This document shows, piece by piece, positions 54,138 to 64,000 of a stretch of DNA of 64,000 nt. How positions within the stretch are numbered: the first letter of the stretch is position 1; each line of letters starts with the position of its first letter. Origin of the DNA: Octopus bimaculoides (lineage: Eukaryota). The DNA lies in assembly GCF_001194135.2 (NCBI RefSeq), contig NC_068992.1, forward strand, positions 1,698,333 to 1,762,332, written 5' to 3'. Below the pieces are notes generated by a model, which searched no databases, had not been told where the DNA came from, and saw only the letters and a program-made list of their open reading frames with translations. The position numbers were made by a program, and so were the translations under genes.

Positions 54138-54265
54138 TGTAAAAATATGTGACAACTGAATAACTGGCTGGATAACTGAAGAGATTTTGGAGTGGACCCC
54201 CCACTCTGGCATCCGAAACTCGGAGTTTTATCATGGCTACTGAATAAGTGTCACATATTTTTACA
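54138..54265 (+). repeat. Family C repeat, copy 2, bounded by a perfect 17 bp inverted repeat
   Basis: TGTAAAAATATGTGACA (54138-54154) and TGTCACATATTTTTACA (54249-54265); the interior is shared with 17945-18047. Confidence 0.9.
54171..54232 (+). ncRNA. Type I hammerhead ribozyme motif (family C, copy 2)
   Basis: Stem I GATAA/TTATC; CTGAAGA 54176-54182; long stem II GAT.TTGGAGTGG/CCACTCTGG.ATC; GAAA 54215-54218; stem III ACTC-G-GAGT; GUU triplet with predicted cleavage after 54227. Confidence 0.7.
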
Positions 54266-54313
54266 TATACATATATATACATACATACATACATACATAT
54301 ATAAATGCATGTA

Positions 54314-54833
54314 TACGAGGTCTGATCTGTAGGTGTCCGGACTATTGCCATAGTAACGAAACTAAAGCACGCTGAGTGAAGCTGCTTGACGAAGATTGAC
54401 GGTGAACGCTGCTGTGCATGCGAACTAAGGTTTAACATTCTAGCCCACTTCCCTCTTTACAGCAGTGCTTGCAAGGAAGGTATGTAACGTGTGAGCGTCG
54501 CATTGACCATGACAGAGACAGTTGTCATGATGTTACCTGCTCAGAGGCCTGTACAAAGTTGCATAAAATGTATGGAGAGGAGTGTACGAGCCGCACACAA
54601 GTGTACGAGTGTTTAAGACATTTCCAAGACGGAAAAATATCGATAGCGACGAATGTTCTGGAGACACGCAACCAGCAAAACTGAGAAGATCATCATAGAT
54701 GTGCGTGCAACGTGTGGGGAAATCGTCCAATGGCTATCCGTGAATGATAAGAAGTTGTGCAGATCAGTTACGGTTCACCTAAGTCGATTATCACTGAAAA
54801 TGGGGGTATGAGACACGTGCCTGCCAAGTTTGT
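54314..54833 (+). mobile_element. Mariner-family transposon 5' remnant (TIR plus HTH region of the transposase)
   Basis: It starts TA-CGAGGTCTGATC...GTCCGGACT (mariner-type TIR). Translation gives TCSEACTKLHKMYGEECTSRTQVYECLRHFQDG and later GSPKSIITENGGMRHVPAKFV, matching the mariner N-terminal HTH and the MRRV.AKFVP linker. Confidence 0.9.
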
Positions 54834-55942
54834 AATACTAGACGGTATTGATCTAATACTCACATGATCTAATACTCCAAGCAGCGAGATAAGCGGTGGT
54901 TGTCTGCCGCTGGCGATAGATATAATGTGCATGTATGCACCAAATAAGTATGGGAGTTTTCTACCTGAGCACATGTCACTGTATTTTTGTATTCTAACGC
55001 CACGTCCACTAATAATATATATATATGTTATTATGCGTGCGTGCGTGTGTGTGTGTGTATGTGTGAGTCTATACGTGTTTATGTGCATGTATGCGTTTAT
55101 GCGAATAAGATATATATCTATGAATGTATATATATATATGAAATGTTGAATAAGGACAAAAGAATTATGCAAACAAATTCATTAGCATACACCTGTTCTG
55201 CCATAACAATCGCTGCAAAACTATTTGCGTGTTTCTCCATTTTCTTAAAGCTTCCTTGCAATATTTTAAAACGAAATATGTCCATCTGAATGTTTTCCGG
55301 TTTAAATATATTCTACATTTTTAATGCTCCAAGGACGCTGTAATATGATGCAGAAGCACTCAGCTTTCAGTGCATTGCTTCTTATAGCAGAACAGCCCTA
55401 AGCTCATTAAGCTGAATTACATAAATCCTGTTTCTTTGTCGTTTAATATTTCGTGTGAATATATATATATATGAGAAATGATGACATGCAAAAATTTTAA
55501 TGATCGGTTCTCTATATGCGTTTTAACGTTGTTCTTTGGTCCTAGAGTATTGGATGTGCCAAGAGCATTTGAGTGCTAACACACAACGGATCATCAGGGG
55601 AGCACTTTATTGTGTTATTTTGAAGAGATCAGATATCTGAAGCTGAGGAGATGGTGAGACATTGCTATGGAAGTAGCTAGAAAACCTATGGCATAGAGAA
55701 ATAAAAAGAGGTAAGTTGATAGGAAAAAGAAGAGTTAGAGAAAGAGAGAGAGAGGGGGGAACACAATATTTCAATGAAAGAAAGAAAGGCTGAAAGAAAG
55801 AAACACTAATGTAAAAGGTAAAATACAGTAAATAAATATATATAAATTAAAAGTGGATAAGAAATGGAAAAAATATATAAATACACCCGAGAGATTTAAA
55901 GGGAAGAAAGGTGAGAGAGAAAGGGAGAGAGAAAACAAAACG

Positions 55943-56001
<59 letters not shown>

Positions 56002-56804
56002 TGAGGGAGCAGAGAATGGTAGAGAGGAAAGATAGAGCGACATTGAAGCAAGAAAATATTTTATAATTTTAAAATGGAAAAAAAAACCTTTCTTTGAAGA
56101 AAGATAAATACTCTTATTTCTCATTATTGGAACATAAAAATGAGGAAAAAATGAACACAAATGAATATAATAGTATGAGTAAGTCATGATCATGCAGTTG
56201 GTAGAATAAATCCTAAAGGAAGATAGCATAGTTTTCAATAGGTCAATTATGTAGTCTAAATACAAAGATACGTATAGTTAGATCATGTATAAGAAATGCG
56301 AAAGGAACCAGAATGCATTTTGTGTGTAATCTAGGAAACCTAAGTTAAGACATGAGGTTGGGTGTTCGAGAAATCAGTTTTCACTATGACTGTTCCTCTT
56401 CTAACTCAATGTCATGCTTTCTTCTCATACCATTCGATACACAATGCAAATTTATATGATAATAATCAGTGATGTATCTGAAGATGAGGTACCTTATACA
56501 TATCAAATGATGTAGTTGTATATACATTGAAACACATAACTACCTTCAAAACGTATGTTGCACTGAATTGCGGCTGTCCATTGTTATGCGTGTGCGCACG
56601 AGCGTGTGTGTGTGCATGCGTATGTGTGCGTGCATGTGTGTGTATGTGTTTGCAAGCATAAACAGATTTACAAATGCAGAGACATATGTTCATATATGTA
56701 TACATATATACACATACATACAAACGTATATGCGGTGCAACAGCATGGCCTTATTGATCATATGCATTTTCATCCATTTACTATTATTCTTTATATATAT
56801 ATAA

Positions 56805-56865
56805 AAACGTGGTGCCCCAGCATGACCGCAGTCAAATGACTGAAACAAGTAAAAGAGTAAGAGAG
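56805..56865 (+). mobile_element. SINE family 2, isolated 3' tail
   Basis: GGTGCCCCAGCATGACCGCAGTCAAATGACTGAAACAAGTAAAAGAGTAAG. Confidence 0.8.
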
Positions 56866-57003
56866 TATATGTGTGTGTGTGTGTAAGTATATGCGTGTGT
56901 GTGTGCATATATATGTATATATATATATATATACATATATGTATATATATATACATATATGTATATATATACATACGCACACACACACACACACATACAC
57001 ACA

Positions 57004-57054
<51 letters not shown>

Positions 57055-57159
57055 GCATATTACAGTCGCGTTACATGGAGGATCAACAAATAAGTACGCC
57101 ATCATGTGATAAATGAATGTCATTTAATCTACACAACTTACAAAAGAGCTACCAATAGC

Positions 57160-57260
57160 ATGGGGAACCGCCGGTCTTCCATAAACAGCATCACCCGGAC
57201 TTATGCCTCGTGGGGTAACTTTCTTGGTTCAATCCAATGGTCATTCAAGACCGAAGGTTT
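57160..57260 (+). mobile_element. SINE family 3, 3' fragment (opposite orientation to 23843-24141)
   Basis: GTCTTCCATAAACA...CCCGGACTT.TGCCTCG..GGGTAACTTTCT.GGT.CAATCC.ATGGTCATTCA.GACCGAAG is the reverse complement of blocks in the 6081 and 23843 copies. Confidence 0.75.
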
Positions 57261-60200
57261 TCTTTTTACCATTTACGTGTGAGGTTGTAACCAAAGTGTG
57301 AGTATTGCTCTGTATGGAGGGAGGAAAAAGTAGTGTGTGTATGTATGTGTGCGTGCAAGAGCGGGTACTAGTGTATCAGGAATAGGAAGAAGGGGTGCCT
57401 GCTTGCGTTTCCGTAGGTGTGTGTATAAGCAGTTTGGACGAAAATGGCGTGAGAGGTGTTGGGAAAAAATCTAAGCCGTGTAGAGAAAGAGTGCTGGTCG
57501 AGATGCAGGATGTAAAAGGAAGTTCTGTGGTGTGGTATATATAATTGTGTGGCGAGGGGTGGTAAAGGAAGATGAGTGGATAATTAAGGTCGTGAGGGAC
57601 TGAAGTGTGTAGAAAGTAAATCAGACTCTGCTCCAGGCGGAGGAGGGTTCGGGTGAAAACTGATCAACTTGAGTCCGAACTGTTTGTCTAATATTTGATG
57701 AGTGGCTGAGAGAGTAGAGGGTGCAGTGGAAAAGACTGATGGAGTTGCTAATAAATGATGCGGTGGTGGATATCGGTAAGATAAGCCGTTAGTGTCACTT
57801 AATCGTCTTGATATTCCTCGACTTGCTGTAAATGACTACTGCACCCATTTTTCTTAGAAAAATCTAAATGAGTTCTCAAACGATGGCTTGTTTTTCAGCA
57901 GACAAAATATTTACCCTGTGTAGAAAATTTTCAGAACCTTAAAGAAAACAAAAAAAAAATATTTAAAAAATATAATAGTTCCTAAAATTTCTAAGTTGTT
58001 TCTTTTGTTTTGCAGAACCAATTATGTTAGTACTCTGTAGAATGGTTTCTGAGACAATGAAAGCAGAAAAAAACAACAAATAAATGCAATTCAACTCTCG
58101 TGATACAGACCGTAGCGGTCCTCTGGCATTATCGACTGGTATTGGAGAAAATGTGTGCCGTCGTATGCTCAAACATTGAAATTTGTTGAATCAACAAATA
58201 TTGCCATCAAAAAACCGCAGATATTGGCTTTCATTCGCTTTATTGATAAAGATCAAGCAAAAAAGAGAGGACGAAAGAAACAGAAATAGAAAGGAAGAAG
58301 GAACGAGGGAAAGACAGGAAGAAAGAAAGAAGGAAAGAAAGAAAGAAAGAAATATAAAGAGAAATCATTAATTTTTTGGTTGCAAAGAAATGCCAGTCAC
58401 TGTAAAGCGTGAAAACATTTTCCACATTTGCAGAAACCACCTTGAAAATATTAGAGACGTGTTGGTATCTCTTCGATAGAACTTCCACGACGTTAATCTG
58501 TATGAAACAGAATGTTATTACACTCAATGCTTTCTACAAAAGAAAGCCTTATTTGCAAAATTTAAGTTTCGGATCAAGTTGAAATGTTCAAATTTAATAA
58601 GAGCAGAACATTAAAGATTCATTTGATAAAATTGTATTGACATAGAATCGCAGCAAAAACACTTGTTTTTACGCGCCGATGGCTACAAAGGGGAAAAAGC
58701 GTTCTTTAGTGTGCATTAACTCACAAATGATCTTCATACATTTTTGAAGGAATAAATTTAAATCACTTCCATGGATTCCTTCATTGAGAATTCTAGTTTT
58801 CTAACCACGGATATTTAACAAGAGTATTTCACCGTCTTAATAACCTTAATTGAATTAAAAACAAAATATATTCATATTTGCAAGCGAACAAATTGAATTT
58901 CAGAAAAGAATATTAATATTTAAAGACAAGTTAAAAGTAATAGGCTTGGGATAAAAATCTAAGCAAAAATGATAAAACAACTAAAACGCTGGCGTTTTAG
59001 CTGATCGTTTAATTCCTCTAAAATACAAATTGACTTTTACTTTCTATAATTAAACATTGAATAATATAATTAGATTCCAAACCCTTTTATAAAAATTTAA
59101 GACTATCCAAAGTAGCAGGCTTGGTTTCGCTATCCAATCATAAGAAACTAAATACCTAATTGGAGCTGAATCTTAAATAGCTTGCTTTCTAATCAATGGA
59201 GAAAATCTTTCGCTACTTTTGGTTGAGTTTGAATCAATTTTGAATAATATCCTATTGATGTAAATTATGATCTAGACTAAGCAATGCCGAATACAATAAA
59301 AAAATAAAAAGTAAATATTATTCAATGCATTTACAAAGAAATGGAAGCTTGCTTATCAAACGTACGAGGGTCCACTAAAGCATTGGAAACTCGCGAAAGG
59401 ATATGTCTTCCACAACACGATTAATCAAACCGAATTGTTGCAACCAATGCTGGCGAAACTCTCTCTTCCACAGTTCATCCCTTTGATGAATCGGCTCTGT
59501 TGAATCAAGTATAACTCAATGATGGCCTTTTAGTGTCCTGAACAATATCATGCATTCACAGTTCAATTTCTCTCACATGAAAAATAATTCCGTTTACACT
59601 CGATTTCATTTCGTAACGACGCTCATAAATTATGAATTAACGCCATAGTTGCATTAAATATTACAGATTGTCGTCGTCAATTTCATTATTACGGTTGTGC
59701 GTGTAAAGTACCACCAAATGAATGTTATCTGCATGCTTACTGTTTGTATTCAACTTTTGATCGTTTGGTCGTTAACTATTGTCATAATTCCAGTTTAAAA
59801 ACTTTAGGATCTGCATCAACAGCAGATCCCAAAATTACTCTTTTTGGGGCACTACCAAACATAGCTCCATGAATAGATCTTCGTGCATAGATGTCGGATT
59901 CCATCACGGAATCCGACAACAGGAGACAACCGCCTTTCAAACATAAATGGACGAGGATATAGAAAATGCGGAAGTAGTGGTGTTGTTAGCTGAAAAAACT
60001 GAATAACAGATAAATAAAATAGTGAGTTAAACATATAAAGATGTTTCCCTCTCTTGGCGAGAGGTTCTGAATAACAAAAGAAAACAGTATGGGTAAATTT
60101 GAGGAACTGCGAGAGAAGTTAGGAAGTTGTCAGGTACATTCATGGAAAGAAATAAGTTTTGATTCTACAGGGTGTGTAAAAAAGAGCGGGCTCGTGACAA

Positions 60201-60379
60201 AGAAATCTAATCGTTATGCAAATGCACATAAATACAGATGTGTGTGTGTGAGGGAGTGGGTGCGTGCGTGTGTGAGAGAGAGAGAGTATAGAGAAAAAGA
60301 GAGAAAGAGAAAGAAAAAGTGTGTGTGAGAGAGAGAGATATTTGTATGCACACAGGTGATGATAGGTACATATCTGTAT

Positions 60380-60442
<63 letters not shown>

Positions 60443-62144
60443 CACACACACATTAGTACACATTTATACGTTCGTGCACACAACATACGCACAAATTCTA
60501 CCCACATACGTACATACATACATATATATACATACACACATGCATATATATGTGTGTGCGTGTGTATATGTATGTGTGTGTATGTATGCATGTGTGTGTG
60601 TGTGTGAAAAAGATTGATGCGTCGATAATGTAGAGCGTATATTATCCAGCGTCTCATGTTTTGTACAAAATTGTTCGTACAACACCAACCGTTTTTTACA
60701 TTTTTTATAAGACATTGTTATTCATACAGGTAGACGCAAGTATAAGCACTTAGATAAATAAACATATTAATACAGATATTCGCATTCATAAATATACGTA
60801 AAAAAAATCACAACTTTTAAAGAGAAAAGGAAAACATTGATAACAACATCGAAACATAATAGAGCTAAATCTTTCGCGTCTGTCATTTTCATTTATCATC
60901 ATAAATATAGAAGTATGTCTGAATATATCGCTGTTACTATATATCGTTCTATATTTGTTGGTCAATATAAACGCTGACTAGTAAAAGGAAAAAATAATAA
61001 TAAAATAATTACTATTTTGGGTGTGGCAGCAAAAAGTAATGTATATATTTACTATTTATGTATTCGTTACGCTACAGATTATTATCAGCCTAATTATCTG
61101 CCGCTAATTTATCTTTTGCAGCTGTATTTTTCCAGCATTGAATGCAATATACCGCAAAGCTATATGTGAGAGAGTATCTCAATGCACACAACATGCATGT
61201 ACCTGGCTGTATTATATGTGCTTGTCCGTGTGTGCGTCAATGTATGCTACGCACAGATACATACATACACAGACACACACACATACACACACACACACAT
61301 ATATATATTTCTACCTTTACGGTGCTTTATTTTATTAAAAAGAAATACATTTGCATTGCAATATTTCATTTTTTCATTGAAATCATTTTCACTGTTGTCG
61401 GTTCTGATAATGGTTAAGCGTTCAGGTGAGTATACTTGGCATTGATGTGGCAACATTCGAAATATTGTCTAGGTAAATGCAGCTGATGAAGACTGATCAA
61501 ATCTACGTTGACAAACGTATTTGAAGAGTGACAAACCGGTCCTGCCTTATCCGATTCTGGGTTGTCCTTTTATCGAATGTTCTTCCTAGAGTTAAGACAA
61601 ACTTTTCCTGTTTTCTGCACACAGACGTCATTGCTACTATATACGCAGTGAAGCTTTATTAAAACGTCATAATTGTATCGACTGCTATTTCCAGTGCATA
61701 TTGGTGCCTTGTTGTACCACTAATCTATTAGGACGTGAGTATGACCCTCCAGGACATACAATCCCATAATTGGTGCACTTATAAAGAACTGATGCTTCAG
61801 AAAAGCAATGCCCACGGCTTCTGATTTACCCTTCACAGTCTTCATCCTCTATTTGCTGAAATTGAATTTAACACAGCAACAATATGGATTCTTTAAACTA
61901 GCCTTTGAGTCAGAAAATTCCGGAAACAAGTATTGCATTTAGGCGCATTAATCTAAATTAATCATCTTAATTGGTTAACTAACGCAACATCAAAACCTGA
62001 AAGCTTCACCATGGATAAGCTCTTCCTGAGAATATGCCTTTAAAATAGAAAAGAACTAGGTGGGAAGTTTTATCTAGAAATGAGGCTTCAGAAAAGTAAT
62101 GCTCCACGGCGTTGGCTTGCTTATATTCCCACACAAACACAGAC

Positions 62145-62545
62145 AGGTGCAAGTTTGGCAGTGTGGTAAAAAGCTTGATTTCCAACCATGTGGTTACCGG
62201 TTCAGTCTCACTTCGTGGCACCTTCTGCAAGTGTCTTCTGCTATAACCTTGGGCCGACAAAAGCCTTGTGAATGAATTTTCTCAACGGAAACTGAAAGAA
62301 ACCCGTCCTATATATGTGTGTGTGTATACTCTATTCGTGTGTTTCTTCCTGTCTGCATTTGTAACCACATCATCCCTTGAAAACCGATGTAGGTTTGGCT
62401 ACGTCACCGTAATTTAGCGCTGCGGGAAAAAAAACGATAGAATAAGTAACAGGCTTACACACAATAAGTCTTGTGGTCGATTTCTTCGACCCAAAAACCT
62501 ATGAGACGGCGCTCCAATATGGCCGCAATCAAATGACTGAAAAAA
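62145..62545 (+). mobile_element. SINE family 2, near full length, diverged
   Basis: Head GGCAGTGTGGTAAAAAGC...GGTTCAGTCTC, internal (TA/TG)n, and 3' GATAGAATAAGTA...GGTCGATTT..TCGAC...CAAATGACTGAAA. Confidence 0.85.
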
Positions 62546-64000
62546 TAATAAAATAATATAAATAAGAGTTCATATATCACGTGGTTTATGTGTTTGTGTG
62601 TGCTTGTGTATGTATATGCATATGGATATATGCGTGTGTATGAAATCACATTTGATTGTGTGTTTGTGCATGATATTGCGCATGTGTCTATGTGTTTCTG
62701 CATGATAGTGTACATGTGTCTAAGTGTTTGTCTGTGTGTGTGTTCGTATGTGTGTGTGAGTGTGTCAGGTTGCGTGTGTATGTCTGTGTGTGTGTGTGTG
62801 TGCGTGCGTGTGTGTGTGTGTGTATGTGTGTATGTGTTTGTGTGTGTGTCTGTGTCTGTGCGCGCGCGCGCACGTACGATTTATCTGAAACAGATATGTG
62901 TACTTCCGCAACTATAATAGTATCTAGTTTGGTATATACAATGCGGATCGACGTAAAATAGATGTATGTTATTGCCTCATTTATAAGTAATACATAGATT
63001 AGTGTTGCTGATAACTTTATAGGAATGACATAGATAAAAGTAACAACATTTCAATGGCATATTCACATATCGCAGTTATACAAATGGCGTCCGTCATCGA
63101 TTAAACATATGAAAGGCTATATCGCTGCAATCTTATTTATATACATAAACATGGGCGCATATAGACTCACGCACACACATTAGTATTTATATAAGCTGAA
63201 AGAGAAAATAATAATTAATGTGAGGGAGACTTCCCATAGTGTCGACTTGATATTGAATGCGAATTTCCACGCGAACTATACATTTCTACACATTTCCGCT
63301 TTCGCTGCCCTGAGCTGGTGGTGTTTGTGATTATTTAATTATATCCTGCTGCAGCAACCAACTCTATCGAAATATTCCTTATTGTATAGCAGATTTGAAA
63401 TGATTTAACATAGTTTTTTTTCTATATGGTCTCTTAAATGAAGGAGAGGAATGACTTTGAATTTTGGTAAATAAATATCCTATATCGTTTTCTGAAGCGT
63501 TTCATATGCCTCTACATAAATGCGAATTCCCAGTAAATAAAATATTGCTAAGTCGCTTTTATAATTTTCAGGTAGAAATATCTGGAGAGTATTTTTAGCC
63601 TGTCAAATATATGGCCAATCGTGTATTTGGAAATAGCCAACTCATCACCAGTACACAGATTACACATATCAAAACGGGTAGATTGTATTCAAAACATCTG
63701 ATATAAATAATTCAATGAGTTCCCAAATATCTACAGTAACAAACGATCCCATGTCAATATCAAATGATCTGCGTGGATGTGATCTCTTAACCTAAGCCGA
63801 GCCCATGTCAAAGAGCAAGGCCCTTATTATCGATTAAAGTGTTGTATATCTTAGCAAGATATAATTTCGCTTTCAGTAACTAATTAATTATCGGTGAGTA
63901 AAAGTCGACTGAAGAAGGGTTTCACGATTGTTACTCTATTCGTATTCTTTGCAGTCATTCCTGTTATCAATATTTCTGATAATATTCTTCCTAATTTAGA

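Noticed and set aside
57330-57830. G-rich segment, possibly an antisense retroelement (Penelope-like) fragment
   Set aside because: Compositional impression only; no RT or endonuclease motif was found.
59364-59640. TACGAGGG mariner-TIR-like start
   Set aside because: No recognisable transposase peptide or matching right TIR follows.
61483-61523. CTGATGAAGAC...GTTGACAAACGTA hammerhead look-alike
   Set aside because: GAAA is interrupted and stem I does not pair; possibly a decayed Penelope-type motif but unsupported as a ribozyme.

Overview
AT-rich, microsatellite-dense eukaryotic DNA with six N gaps. The SINE families and composition suggest a cephalopod, probably Octopus (inference). I recognise no host protein-coding gene. 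Most ORF-track entries are translations of (CA)n, (TA)n, (GA)n and (TAA)n tracts or of N gaps. The window is intergenic or intronic DNA filled with mobile-element remnants: four families of tRNA-derived SINEs, three R4/Dong-type LINE fragments (two abutting (TAA)n tracts), an RTE LINE 3' end, one Tc1 and two mariner remnants, a Ty3/gypsy pol remnant and Penelope-like pieces. The most notable signal is four type I hammerhead ribozyme motifs from three unrelated short repeats: 17951-18011 (+) and 54171-54232 (+), which belong to one family, plus 45795-45840 (-) and 30997-31032 (+). All have a minimal or palindromic stem III and none lies next to a reverse transcriptase ORF, consistent with solo Penelope pLTRs or non-autonomous retrozyme-like units. 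All family assignments come from motif recognition by eye, not from database searches, and all folds were paired by hand.
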